From positions 1 through 31,802 of the forward strand of contig JBDRKP010000012.1 in NCBI GenBank assembly GCA_043813875.1: a DNA stretch of 31,802 nucleotides. The letters run 5' to 3'. The notes beneath the pieces are model-generated. The model was not told the DNA's origin. It did no database searches and was given only the letters and a program-made list of their open reading frames with translations. Source of the stretch: an archaeon (GTDB taxonomy: Archaea; EX4484-52; B79-G9). Positions 9,724 to 19,441 of this stretch are shown here, one piece after another (the first letter of the stretch is position 1; each line of letters opens with the position of its first letter). The position numbers were made by a program, and so were the translations under genes.

Positions 9724-10239
9724 ATGCAAGATAACAATCCAATGAGCACGATAAGAGTAAATAAAGTTACCCTGAGCATAGCCACTGGCGAATCAGGCGA
9801 AAGTGTAGAAAAAGCATACACATTGGCTGAAAGATTGACAGGCCAAAAACCGGTACGCACACTTGCCACAAGGAAAGCACGCACGTTCCGTATACGACGT
9901 GGCCTTCCAATCGGTGTAAAAGTCACTATGCGAAGAGAAAAGGGTATAGAATTCCTAAAAAAGATTATGAAAGGAATAGGCAACCGTCTCAGTTCCTACA
10001 ATTTCGACAACAACGGCAATTTCAGCTTCGGTCTCAAAGAATATCTAAGCATCCCTGGTCAAAAATATGACCCGAAATTAGGAATGATTGGGATGAACAT
10101 AAACATATCCTTAGAGAGACCGGGATATAGAATTAAAAGACGAAAGATCAAGAAAGTAAAGATTTCAAAATCACACAGGATAACAAAAGACGAAGCAGTA
10201 GACTTCACAAAAGAGAAACTAAACATTCAAGTGGTGTAA
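9724..10239 (+). CDS. rpl5: 50S ribosomal protein uL5
   Basis: NPM, TGQKPV, FRIRRGLPIGVKVTMR, GNFSFG, YDPKLG; alternative GTG at 9715. Confidence 0.96.
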   Translation: MQDNNPMSTIRVNKVTLSIATGESGESVEKAYTLAERLTGQKPVRTLATRKARTFRIRRGLPIGVKVTMRREKGIEFLKKIMKGIGNRLSSYNFDNNGNFSFGLKEYLSIPGQKYDPKLGMIGMNINISLERPGYRIKRRKIKKVKISKSHRITKDEAVDFTKEKLNIQVV

Positions 10240-10464
10240 ATGGGCGAATATAAAAAAACAGAGAAAATAATAAAATCCAAATCCAAATATCTCAAATTCA
10301 AAAAAAATAACATCCCAAAAAAAAGAGCTAACGGGTTGGCACAATCTGTTTGCAGGGTCTGTGGCAAAAAAGGCCGCGGAGTGATTCAGAAATACAAACT
10401 TAGCTACTGCCGACGTTGCTTTAGAGATTTCGCAAAAAGCATGGGATTCAAAAAATACAACTAA
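10240..10464 (+). CDS. rps14: 30S ribosomal protein uS14 (Zn-binding, N-terminally extended)
   Basis: CRVCG...CRRCFRDFAKSMGFKKY. Confidence 0.95.
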   Translation: MGEYKKTEKIIKSKSKYLKFKKNNIPKKRANGLAQSVCRVCGKKGRGVIQKYKLSYCRRCFRDFAKSMGFKKYN

Positions 10465-10493
10465 GGTTAAACAAAAAAACAAGGTGTAAAAAA

Positions 10494-10880
10494 ATGATGC
10501 ATGATCCACTGTCAGACGCACTATCGCTAATCAATAATGCTGAAAAGGCAGGTAAACAGAAATGTACAGTCCGGCACATATCAAACCTGCTAAGAGACTC
10601 ACTGGAAATAATGAAAAAATACGGTTACATTGGCGACTACACACAGACCGACGACAACAAAGGCAACCAAATCACGATAAAACTGATAGGCAAAATAAAC
10701 AAATGCAAAACAATACTGCCACGACAACCAGTAGCAAAAGACAACTATGACAAATGGGAAAAAAGACATCTCCCTGCAGCCGGAGTGGGAACGCTCATAA
10801 TATCGACATCTGAAGGTACAAAAAGCCATCATGAAACAAAAGAGAGGATTGGCGGGATTCTCATAGCATATGTATATTAG
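10494..10880 (+). CDS. rps8: 30S ribosomal protein uS8
   Basis: DPLSDALSLINNAE, GKINKC, IISTSEG, GGILIAYVY. Confidence 0.96.
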   Translation: MMHDPLSDALSLINNAEKAGKQKCTVRHISNLLRDSLEIMKKYGYIGDYTQTDDNKGNQITIKLIGKINKCKTILPRQPVAKDNYDKWEKRHLPAAGVGTLIISTSEGTKSHHETKERIGGILIAYVY

Positions 10881-10904
10881 ATATATTCAATCAAGGTGCA
10901 CCAA

Positions 10905-11423
10905 ATGGAAGCAATAATAAACATGAAAGATAATGTGAAAATCGACATAGATAACAAAAATATAACCGTGGTTGGTCCAAACGCCACACTCAAAAGAACA
11001 TTCAGTAATCCACGTATCACAATATCAAAAAAAGACAACGACATAATAATAAAGACAGAATCCAACCAGAAAAAAGATAAAGCCATAGTCGGTGCATGGG
11101 AAGCTCACCTGAAAAACATGATAAGCGGCGCACAAAAAGACTACGAATACAAGCTGAAGATACTTTACACGCACTTCCCGGTGACACTAAAGGCACAGGA
11201 CAACACAATCATAATAACTAATTTCATGGGCGAAAAAGGCATACGAAAAGCACACATAAAAGAAAACGTGAAAGTAGACATTAAAAAAGAAGAAATAATC
11301 ATAACCGGTCCATCAAAAGAGAATGTTGGTCAGACTGCCGCAAATCTCGAACAAGCATGCAAGCAAAAGACCAAAGACATAAGAATCTACCAGGACGGCA
11401 TATACATCACGAAAAAGGGATAG
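10905..11423 (+). CDS. rpl6: 50S ribosomal protein uL6
   Basis: HLKNMI, YTHFP, NFMGEK, VGQTAANLEQ, DIRIYQDGIYI. Confidence 0.96.
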   Translation: MEAIINMKDNVKIDIDNKNITVVGPNATLKRTFSNPRITISKKDNDIIIKTESNQKKDKAIVGAWEAHLKNMISGAQKDYEYKLKILYTHFPVTLKAQDNTIIITNFMGEKGIRKAHIKENVKVDIKKEEIIITGPSKENVGQTAANLEQACKQKTKDIRIYQDGIYITKKG

Positions 11424-11425
11424 AC

Positions 11426-12028
11426 ATGACAGACATGATAACAGATTTACTCAACAAACGCTCAGAAATCAAAAGAAAAAAACCAACATTTCTAAGAACC
11501 GATGCAGGCATAATAAAACGTATTCCGAAAAAATGGAGACGACCAAGAGGACGTGACAACAAACTCAGAAGAAGACTTAGAGGCAGTCTTGCAAGCCCAA
11601 GCTACAGTTCACCCAAAAAAGTAAGAGGCATGCATCCGAAAGGCCTGTTTGAAATACTCATATCAAATGTAGACGATCTAAAAAACATCGACAACCAAAA
11701 ACAGATAATACGCATACGAGGCACAGTTGGAAACAAAAAGAAAAGAGACATAATAAAAAAAGCAAAAGAATTAAAACTCCAGATAATCAACCCAAAAATC
11801 AAACTAAAAATCAAAATAGAACCGAAAGAAAAGAAAAAAACAGAACCAAAGAAAGAAAAAAAGGCAGAAGAAACAAAACTGGAAGAACAGCCAAAAGAAA
11901 AAGAAACCAAAAAAGAAGAAAAAACACCAGCTCCAGAAAAAGAGCCAAAAAAAGAAAAGAAAGTAGCAACAAAAAAGACATCAGGAAAACCAAAAACAAC
12001 ACAAGAAACTCACAAAAAGAAAAAATAG
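11426..12028 (+). CDS. rpl32e: 50S ribosomal protein eL32 with a ~75-aa Lys/Glu-rich C-terminal tail
   Basis: KPTFLR, WRRPRGRDNKLR, RGMHPKG; start placed just after the uL6 stop. Confidence 0.95.
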   Translation: MTDMITDLLNKRSEIKRKKPTFLRTDAGIIKRIPKKWRRPRGRDNKLRRRLRGSLASPSYSSPKKVRGMHPKGLFEILISNVDDLKNIDNQKQIIRIRGTVGNKKKRDIIKKAKELKLQIINPKIKLKIKIEPKEKKKTEPKKEKKAEETKLEEQPKEKETKKEEKTPAPEKEPKKEKKVATKKTSGKPKTTQETHKKKK

Positions 12029-12043
12029 ATAAAAAATGATTAA

Positions 12044-12223
12044 ATGGACTCAATCGCATTTTTACATATGGGAAAAGACCATTGTCCGCGCTGCGGTACA
12101 ATCGGTGACAAAAAAAAAGAGAACACGATAGAATACCTGAAATGCCCATTTTGCGAAACAGAATACACAAACGAAATAATATTAAAACTCGGAGAAAAAG
12201 AAATCACACTTGAAAACAACTAG
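12044..12223 (+). CDS. Small CPxCG-type zinc-finger protein, 59 aa, not in the ORF track
   Basis: Translates as MDSIAFLHMGKDHCPRCGTIGDKKKENTIEYLKCPFCETEYTNEIILKLGEKEITLENN. It has two CxxC pairs and fills the eL32-eL19 gap on the operon strand. Confidence 0.8.
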   Translation: MDSIAFLHMGKDHCPRCGTIGDKKKENTIEYLKCPFCETEYTNEIILKLGEKEITLENN

Positions 12224-12261
12224 AACAGCAATGAAATGATATTCAACACACGGTGATACAT

Positions 12262-12702
12262 TTGAACGTAAGAAGCCAACGAGATATTGCAAAAAGAATA
12301 CTGAAAGTGGGCAGAAACAAAGTATGGATAGACCCACAAAGAACAAACGAAGTCCAGGAATCCATAACAAAAAACGACATACGAAAGCTCATCATCGATG
12401 GCGCTATATCAAAAAAAGCAATCATCGGCACAAGCAAATCAAGATCAAGAATAATAAAAGAACAGAAAAAAAAAGGCCGCATGCAGGGATATGGTAAAAG
12501 AAAAGGAACGAAAACCGCAAGAACACCGTCAAAAACAATGTGGATAACAAAAATCCGGTCACTAAGAAAAGAACTAAAAGACCTCAAGACAAAAAACAAG
12601 ATAACAACAAGGGAATACAGGCACCTATACACAAAATCCGGTGCAGGCGTCTTCAAAGACAAATCATATTTACACCTATACATCAAAAAAATGAAAGAAT
12701 GA
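12262..12702 (+). CDS. rpl19e: 50S ribosomal protein eL19
   Basis: LKVGRNKVWIDP, IRKLIIDG, GKRKGTKTAR, WITKIRSLR. TTG start after GGTGA; alternative GTG at 12253. Confidence 0.96.
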   Translation: MNVRSQRDIAKRILKVGRNKVWIDPQRTNEVQESITKNDIRKLIIDGAISKKAIIGTSKSRSRIIKEQKKKGRMQGYGKRKGTKTARTPSKTMWITKIRSLRKELKDLKTKNKITTREYRHLYTKSGAGVFKDKSYLHLYIKKMKE

Positions 12703-12725
12703 ACGTAAAGAAATAACGTGATACT

Positions 12726-13298
12726 ATGGACGCAAGATACAGGCTGAAATTCAAAAAAAGAAGAGAAGGCAAAACAAATTATAAAAAAAGATACAACCTC
12801 CTGCTCTCAAAAGAGCCGCGCATAGTTGTAAGAATCACAAACAAACAGATAATAGCAGAGACAATAGAATACAGCACCCAAAAAGGAGACAAGACAGTCG
12901 CATACGCATCATCCAACGATCTCACAGCATATGGTTGGACACAAGCCAAAAAAAACACATCTGCCGCATACTTGACTGGCCTTCTCTGTGCAAAAAGAGC
13001 CACTGAAAAAAAGATTAAAAGCGGCATCGCGGACTTCGGACTCCACACAGTCCACGCAAAAGGACGCCTCTTTGCAGCGATAAAAGGCGCACTCGATGGC
13101 GGCTTAAAAATACCACACGATGATGCAGTATTTCCTGATGAAAAAAGACTTTCAGGAACTCATTTAAAAACAGATGCAACAAAAGAATTTGAAAAAGTAA
13201 AAGAAAACATACTCAAAGCAAAACAAGAAAAAAAAGACAAAAAAAAAGAGACTACAACAAAAACAACGCCGAAAACAAAGAAAAAGGATAAGGAATAA
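12726..13298 (+). CDS. rpl18: 50S ribosomal protein uL18
   Basis: RREGKTNYKKR, RIVVRITN, NTSAAYLTGLL, GALDGGL. Confidence 0.96.
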   Translation: MDARYRLKFKKRREGKTNYKKRYNLLLSKEPRIVVRITNKQIIAETIEYSTQKGDKTVAYASSNDLTAYGWTQAKKNTSAAYLTGLLCAKRATEKKIKSGIADFGLHTVHAKGRLFAAIKGALDGGLKIPHDDAVFPDEKRLSGTHLKTDATKEFEKVKENILKAKQEKKDKKKETTTKTTPKTKKKDKE

Positions 13299-13309
13299 GA
13301 GTGAAAAAC

Positions 13310-14116
13310 ATGGAAAATCAAACCGGAAGTTGGACACCAAAAACGAGCCTTGGTAAAAAAGTGATGAGCGGAGAAATCACATCAATAGACGAAATATTCA
13401 AAAAAAATTATCTCATAAAAGAATCCGAAATCATCGACTTCCTTGTACCCAATATTGAAGATGAAATCATATTCATTGGCGGGATGCCAGGCAAAGGTGG
13501 CGGCAAAAAAAGAACCCCCCTCAGAATCACAACCAGGATGCATCAATCAGGCAGAAAAAGAACCCTGCATGCACTCGTTGCGGTAGGCAACAGAAACGGC
13601 CTCTTAGGCATCGGTTATGCCACAGGAAAAGACGCAGTCAGCGCAATCACAAAAGCGACAACACAGGCAAAACTCAACATAATACCAATCAGACGCGGTT
13701 GCGGTTCCTGGGAATGTGAATGCAAAGGCCCGCACTCAATACCATTCAAGACAGAAGGAAAAGTAGGATCAGTAAAAGCATTGCTTATCCCTGCCCCTCG
13801 TGGAATCGACCTGTGCGTAGCTCCCGAAATCAAGAAAATAATCAAACTGGCAGGCATCCGGGACCTTTGGGCAAAAACAAGCGGCCAGACAGACACACGA
13901 ATGAACTTCATAATGGCAAATTTCAATGCCTTAAAAAACCTTAACAAAATAAAAACAACACCACATGCAATAGAAGTGACAGGCGCTGTAGACGGTCCTC
14001 TCTCGACAATACCAATCCCACAAGAAATAGAAGACATCAAAACAAAGAAAGAAAAAACAGTAGAAAAGATAATCAAAGAAATAATACCTGCATTAGGCAC
14101 AGAAAACGACGATTAG
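13310..14116 (+). CDS. rps5: 30S ribosomal protein uS5
   Basis: WTPKTSLG, VGNRNG, RRGCGSWEC, PAPRG. Confidence 0.96.
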   Translation: MENQTGSWTPKTSLGKKVMSGEITSIDEIFKKNYLIKESEIIDFLVPNIEDEIIFIGGMPGKGGGKKRTPLRITTRMHQSGRKRTLHALVAVGNRNGLLGIGYATGKDAVSAITKATTQAKLNIIPIRRGCGSWECECKGPHSIPFKTEGKVGSVKALLIPAPRGIDLCVAPEIKKIIKLAGIRDLWAKTSGQTDTRMNFIMANFNALKNLNKIKTTPHAIEVTGAVDGPLSTIPIPQEIEDIKTKKEKTVEKIIKEIIPALGTENDD

Positions 14117-14128
14117 AAGGTTACGATT

Positions 14129-14566
14129 ATGAAAATGTATGCCGTGATAAGACTAAGAGGTACCGCAAATATAAGAAAAGAGATAATGGACACATTAGAC
14201 ATCCTGCGCTTAAACAAGCCGAACCACTGTGTGATTGTACCGGAAACTGACATTTACAAAGGCATGCTTCAGAAAGCAAAAGACTACATCACATGGGGCG
14301 AAATCGATGACAAAACTCTGGAAGAATTAGTCACAAAACGCGCAAAAATCTCCCAGGCAAAAAAAGTAGACCCAAAAAACATAAAGACAATAATCGAAGG
14401 AATCAAAAAAGGAAAACTTAAAGAGACAGGAATAAAACCAGTATTCCAACTCACACCGCCAAAAAAAGGCTTCGAGAAAAAAGGAATCAAAAAGACATAC
14501 AAGCAAGGTGGATCACTCGGCTACCGTGAAAGCAACATAAACATATTGCTACAAAAAATGATATAA
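14129..14566 (+). CDS. rpl30: 50S ribosomal protein uL30 (archaeal long form)
   Basis: AVIRLRG, GMLQKAKDYITWGE, LTPPKKGF, GGSLGYR. Confidence 0.96.
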   Translation: MKMYAVIRLRGTANIRKEIMDTLDILRLNKPNHCVIVPETDIYKGMLQKAKDYITWGEIDDKTLEELVTKRAKISQAKKVDPKNIKTIIEGIKKGKLKETGIKPVFQLTPPKKGFEKKGIKKTYKQGGSLGYRESNINILLQKMI

Positions 14567-14585
14567 AAAAGAAACCCGTGATATA

Positions 14586-15080
14586 ATGACAGTCAACCGA
14601 AGAAAAAAATCCAACACACGCCGAGGCTCAAGAACTCATGGCTGGGGCAGCCCTAAAAAACACCGTGGTTCTGGATCAAGAGGAGGCGTAGGAAACGCAG
14701 GCTCCGGCAAAAAAGGTCAGCAAAAAATGACCACAAAAAACCTGACAGGCGAACGCATCGGCAAATACGGATTCAAAAGACCGGCTGTAACCATAAATAA
14801 TCCAAAAACAATAAATATAGATGACCTAGAAAAAAATATAGACAACTACATCACAAACGGAAACGCAAAAAAAAGCAATAATATCACAGAAATAGACACG
14901 ACAAAACTCGGTTACGACAAAATACTTGGACGGGGTAAACTGACATCTAAACTCAAGATAACATCTAAACAATTCTCAAAGACAGCAATAGAAAAAATAA
15001 AAAAAGCTGGCGGAGAAGCAATAGTAAAAGAATCAACCCAAAAGAAAGCACCTGTTGAAAAAAAAGAAATTCCATTGTAG
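14586..15080 (+). CDS. rpl15: 50S ribosomal protein uL15
   Basis: RGSRTHGWG, RGSGSRGGVGNAG, GYDKILGRG, AIEKIKKAGG. Confidence 0.96.
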   Translation: MTVNRRKKSNTRRGSRTHGWGSPKKHRGSGSRGGVGNAGSGKKGQQKMTTKNLTGERIGKYGFKRPAVTINNPKTINIDDLEKNIDNYITNGNAKKSNNITEIDTTKLGYDKILGRGKLTSKLKITSKQFSKTAIEKIKKAGGEAIVKESTQKKAPVEKKEIPL

Positions 15081-15106
15081 AATTCTAACATAATCTCGTG
15101 AACAAA

Positions 15107-16618
15107 ATGGACTACGAAGCACTCCTTCAAAAGCTGCCCGGCGTTGAGACACCAAAAAAAAGACAGACATTCAACCAGAAGCTAAAATGGACCGGAGTAA
15201 TCCTATTATCATACTTCTTGCTTTCAGACACATTCCTGCTCGGGGTAAGCCCGGAAAGACTGGCATACTTCGAACAACTGGCAGCGCTGATCGGAGCAAG
15301 CATGGGATCAATCATCACCCTTGGTATCGGTCCTATAGTATCCGCAAGTATCATCCTCCAGCTTCTTGTCGGAGCAAAAGTTATTGCTTGGGACCTAAGC
15401 ACACATCACGGCAAAGTGATGTTCCAGGGCACCCAGAAGATACTCGCATTCACATTCGCTTTCGTTGAAGCAGCAGCATATACGATGTTCGGAGCGATAG
15501 ACCCAATAGTCCACACGACAGCGATGATGCTCTTCGTAATCGCCCAGCTGACACTCGGCGGGTGGCTCATCATATTCATGGACGAAGTGGTCTCAAAATG
15601 GGGCTTCGGATCCGGTGTCTCGCTATTCATCGCAGCAGGCGTAAGCAAGCAGATACTCATAAGAGGCTTCAGCATTTTAAGCACCAACTCACCAGGCAAA
15701 TTCGACGGCATAATACCCGGCATGATTCAGGAGATTGTGTCAGGGACACCCACGCTCCAGAACCTCCTGCCATTCCTGTTACCGATAGTATCCACTTTAT
15801 CAGTATTCGTATTAGTAGTTTACGCTCAATCAATGCGCGTCGAGATACCTCTGGCTTTCGGCTCGATAAGAGGCTTCGGAAGAAAATGGCCATTAAAATT
15901 CATATACACAAACGTGATGCCGGTTATACTTACATCAGCAATCCTCATAAACCTTCAGGTATGGGGCAAGATGCTGTCAGACCGCGGTTTTGCGCTCCTT
16001 GGCAAATTCTCAGAAAACGGCGATCCCACAAGCGGACTGATGTTTTTCCTGACTCCTCCCCGCTCGTTCGCAATAGAGATGATGTCACTGAGCATCCTTT
16101 TGAGCGTGATATTAGGAGTCATTCTCGCATATGTCATTTTCAAAGAAAAAGAATACATCATCGTAGCCGCGACAGCAGTAATCGGGATAATCATAGGCAC
16201 CTACATTGTCAGCGCATATTCAACACTGCCGACAATCATGGACATGACACGTGTGCTGACATACGTATCATTCTACATGATCGGCTGCGCAATATTCTCC
16301 ATGTTCTGGGTAAGCACTTCAGGCATGGACGCAAAAAACGTCGCAAGACAGATACAGGGATCCGGCATGCAGATACCTGGCTTCAGGCGCGACCCCCGCG
16401 TGATAGAGCGCGTACTCTTACGCTACATCCCGCCTCTTGCAATACTCGGTGGCGCATTCGTCGGCTTCCTTTCCGCATTCGCAGACTTTTCAGGATCAAT
16501 CGTCCAGGGCACAGGCCTCCTATTGACAGTAATGATAATCTATCAGCTATACGAACAGCTGGCAACCCAGCATCTTGAAGACATGCATCCGATGCTAAGA
16601 CAATTCATGCAGAAATAA
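15107..16618 (+). CDS. secY: Preprotein translocase SecY/Sec61alpha
   Basis: KLKWTG, LGIGPIVSASIILQLLVG, SKWGFGSGVSLFIAAGV, GMQIPGFRRD, GTGLLLTV. Confidence 0.97.
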   Translation: MDYEALLQKLPGVETPKKRQTFNQKLKWTGVILLSYFLLSDTFLLGVSPERLAYFEQLAALIGASMGSIITLGIGPIVSASIILQLLVGAKVIAWDLSTHHGKVMFQGTQKILAFTFAFVEAAAYTMFGAIDPIVHTTAMMLFVIAQLTLGGWLIIFMDEVVSKWGFGSGVSLFIAAGVSKQILIRGFSILSTNSPGKFDGIIPGMIQEIVSGTPTLQNLLPFLLPIVSTLSVFVLVVYAQSMRVEIPLAFGSIRGFGRKWPLKFIYTNVMPVILTSAILINLQVWGKMLSDRGFALLGKFSENGDPTSGLMFFLTPPRSFAIEMMSLSILLSVILGVILAYVIFKEKEYIIVAATAVIGIIIGTYIVSAYSTLPTIMDMTRVLTYVSFYMIGCAIFSMFWVSTSGMDAKNVARQIQGSGMQIPGFRRDPRVIERVLLRYIPPLAILGGAFVGFLSAFADFSGSIVQGTGLLLTVMIIYQLYEQLATQHLEDMHPMLRQFMQK

Positions 16619-16645
16619 GAAATGATAAAGATAAAGAGGACAAAA

Positions 16646-17335
16646 ATGGTAGAGATACTATATAATGCAATAGAAGCGATATTTGCTCCCCTCATAAAGA
16701 TGGGACCGATATACGCAATCACAGGCATATCGACAGTAATATCGTTGCTCCTCTCAATAGCATACAAATTCCTCGTAAACCAGAGCAAAGTAAAATATAT
16801 CAGAGCCGAACTTAAAGAACTGAAGACAAAAATGAACGCAGCAAAAAAGAAAGGCTCAGAAAAAGAACTGAAATCATTGTTCGACAAAAGCCTGAAACTG
16901 AACAATCAACAACTCATGCTCAACATGAAACCATTGATGGCATCCATGGTCCTTATAACACTATTCCTTCCATGGCTCGGGTACGCTTACGGGGACATCA
17001 ACGTCCCGATAGAAAACAACAGAGGAACCTACACATACGACAAGACACCAGAGAATTTCATGATAACAGAAAACAGCGCACCCACAATAACATTCGAAAA
17101 CAGCGCACTTAACCCCGCAAAAGACGGCGATGAAATAAGAATCGCCGATCGGACATACAAAATAGACATAGAAAAAAAAGATGACAAGATAAGCAACGTA
17201 AAATTCACAGGATTCAGAGCAGACCTGCCATTCAAATTACCCATATTCGGAAACATTGTCGGCTGGCTCGGGCTATACATCATAATCTCCATGCCAACCA
17301 CATTTTTATTCAGAAAGATCCTGAATGTCGAATAA
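16646..17335 (+). CDS. DUF106 / EMC3-TMCO1 (Oxa1 superfamily) membrane protein
   Basis: TM, coiled coil, MKPL, two further TMs and a C-terminal GWLGLYII...FRKIL. Conserved position after secY. SD GAGGA before ATG 16646. Confidence 0.88.
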   Translation: MVEILYNAIEAIFAPLIKMGPIYAITGISTVISLLLSIAYKFLVNQSKVKYIRAELKELKTKMNAAKKKGSEKELKSLFDKSLKLNNQQLMLNMKPLMASMVLITLFLPWLGYAYGDINVPIENNRGTYTYDKTPENFMITENSAPTITFENSALNPAKDGDEIRIADRTYKIDIEKKDDKISNVKFTGFRADLPFKLPIFGNIVGWLGLYIIISMPTTFLFRKILNVE

Positions 17336-17403
17336 CGCACAAAAGATTTATAAATATATCAAAACAACCAATCACGACACACAAGAAAGAGAAGTGAATA
17401 ACC

Positions 17404-17685
17404 ATGAAACAGATATTCGAGACAAAATCAGTAAAAAGAATCGCAACAAGGACACCTGGCGGCAAATTGACATACAACTACCGCAAAAAGAAGGTATCCG
17501 CAGCGACATGCTCAAACTGCAACCAAAAACTGGGCGGTGTCCCGAGAATGAGAGCATTCGAGATAAACAAACTGCCAAAAACCAAGAAAAGGCCAGAACG
17601 AGCATACGGCGGAGTTTTATGCCCTGCATGCTTGGAAGAGAAGATAAAAAACAGACTCACGGTGACAGAAGATGGCAGCAATTGA
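17404..17685 (+). CDS. rpl34e: 50S ribosomal protein eL34
   Basis: RTPGG, CSNC..LGGVPR, KRPERAYGGVLCPAC. Confidence 0.95.
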   Translation: MKQIFETKSVKRIATRTPGGKLTYNYRKKKVSAATCSNCNQKLGGVPRMRAFEINKLPKTKKRPERAYGGVLCPACLEEKIKNRLTVTEDGSN

Positions 17686-17947
17686 AATCGGGCGCATATG
17701 CGTAAAGACAAGAGGAAGAAACGCAGGCAAATACTGCATAATCACAGGCGTAGTTGATGATAATTTTGTGAATATCAGCGGACCAAAAGCCCTGAACGGC
17801 ATAAAACCAAAAAGATGCAACACCACACACCTCGCCTACACAGACAAGAAAATCGAGATAAAAGACAAGGCAACAGAAGAAGAGATAAGCAGAGCTATAG
17901 ACAGCGCAAAACTCACAGAGATCTTCAAAGATGGCCTTAAATTCTAA
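17672..17947 (+). CDS. rpl14e: 50S ribosomal protein eL14
   Basis: IEIGRICVKTRGRNAGKYCII, GPK, KRCN..HL. Confidence 0.95.
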   Translation: MAAIEIGRICVKTRGRNAGKYCIITGVVDDNFVNISGPKALNGIKPKRCNTTHLAYTDKKIEIKDKATEEEISRAIDSAKLTEIFKDGLKF

Positions 17948-18149
17948 ATTTTTCCAGTCAACCAATTTCTGGATAAACAACACCGCATAGATTCATCCTT
18001 AAAACTTTATCCTAAAGGAAATATCTACAAAGGATTAAGCCCAAATAGTTCTACGACAGGACATCACAAATATGAGAAAATTCAACGAATCATTCGGCTT
18101 ATAGAACAAATCTCAACAAATATAAAACTACTTTTCTTATAAAAGGACT

Positions 18150-19178
18150 ATGTCAAAAAAAGAAAGCAGCACAATAGATACAACAACAGACATAGAACCG
18201 GAAAAAATCTCAATAGAAACAGACTCTGAATGGCTGATAAAATCCACATCAAAAACAGACCCAAAATACGGCTGCAGACCTGAAGACAGGAACATAGAAA
18301 CCCACATCAACAACGGACTGATAATTCTTGACAAACCCAAAGGCCCGACATCCCACCAGGTCGCTGCATGGGTTCGCGACATCTTTTGCCTCAATAAAGC
18401 AGGCCATTCAGGCACACTCGACCCTGGAGTGACCGGAGTGCTCCCGATTGTGCTTGGAAACGCAACAAAGATAATACCGGCACTCATCCGCGGAAAGAAA
18501 GAATACATCTGCCTCATGCAGCTCCACAACGAAGTCCCGCACAAAAAGATACTTGAGACCGCAAAATCATTCACAGGAAACATTGAACAGATGCCTCCGG
18601 TAAAATCCGCAGTAAAAAGACAGCTGAGGATAAGAGAGATATACAGCCTGGAAATACTTGAGATTGAAGGCACAGACGTCCTTTTCAGGGCAGAAGTGGA
18701 GGCAGGCACATACATCAGAACACTCTGCGTCGACTTCGGGAAGAAGCTGGGAATCGGCGCTCACATGCAGGAACTGAGACGAACAAAAGCAAGCTCATTG
18801 CTTGAAAAAGATGCAGTAACATTGCAAGACATAAAAGACGCATGGGAATTCTACAAAGAAAAAAAAGACGAGAAATACCTCCGAGACATAATAAGACCAT
18901 TAGAAAGAGGAGTAAAGCATCTTCAAAAAATCATGATCAAAGACTCAGCAGTATCCGCAATATGCCACGGCGCTCCCCTCCACATAGGCGGCATCGTAAG
19001 ATTTACAAAAGACATAAAAACAAACGACATAATAGCAATAATGACCTTAAAAGACGAACTCGTAGCCCTTGCAAAATCGACAATGGACTCAACTGCAATA
19101 CACGACAGCACGCAAGGCACAGCAGCAGAAGTGACAAGAGTGATAATGAAAGAAGACACATATCCAAGAACATGGTAA
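18150..19178 (+). CDS. cbf5: H/ACA pseudouridine synthase Cbf5 (TruB family, with PUA domain)
   Basis: DKPKGPTSHQV, GHSGTLDP with the catalytic Asp, AGTYIRTLC, AHMQELRR, SAICHGA, YPRTW. Confidence 0.96.
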   Translation: MSKKESSTIDTTTDIEPEKISIETDSEWLIKSTSKTDPKYGCRPEDRNIETHINNGLIILDKPKGPTSHQVAAWVRDIFCLNKAGHSGTLDPGVTGVLPIVLGNATKIIPALIRGKKEYICLMQLHNEVPHKKILETAKSFTGNIEQMPPVKSAVKRQLRIREIYSLEILEIEGTDVLFRAEVEAGTYIRTLCVDFGKKLGIGAHMQELRRTKASSLLEKDAVTLQDIKDAWEFYKEKKDEKYLRDIIRPLERGVKHLQKIMIKDSAVSAICHGAPLHIGGIVRFTKDIKTNDIIAIMTLKDELVALAKSTMDSTAIHDSTQGTAAEVTRVIMKEDTYPRTW

Positions 19179-19201
19179 GAACATAATAAGGAGGAAATAA
19201 C

Positions 19202-19408
19202 ATGCCCGTCGACAAGAAACTAATGGAGATACTTGCATGCCCAAAATGCAAAGGAGACGTAAAAGAAGAGAGCATGTTCATAACATGCAATAAATGCAAG
19301 CTTGCATACCCGATACTGGACTCTGACATCCCCGACATGCTGATTGAAGATGCATGGCCCCTGGAAAAAGCAAAAAAATCAAAATTCAGGCACACGATAA
19401 AAATATAA
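19202..19408 (+). CDS. trm112: Trm112-family methyltransferase activator
   Basis: LMEILACPKCKG...CNKC..AYPI...IPDML; SD GGAGG. Confidence 0.9.
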   Translation: MPVDKKLMEILACPKCKGDVKEESMFITCNKCKLAYPILDSDIPDMLIEDAWPLEKAKKSKFRHTIKI

Positions 19409-19441
19409 AAAAAAGCACCAAAACAAACCGGACAACAAAGT

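Noticed and set aside
17948..18149. H/ACA guide RNA in the 200-nt gap before cbf5
   Set aside because: Only short AT-rich stems; no convincing K-turn, pocket or target.
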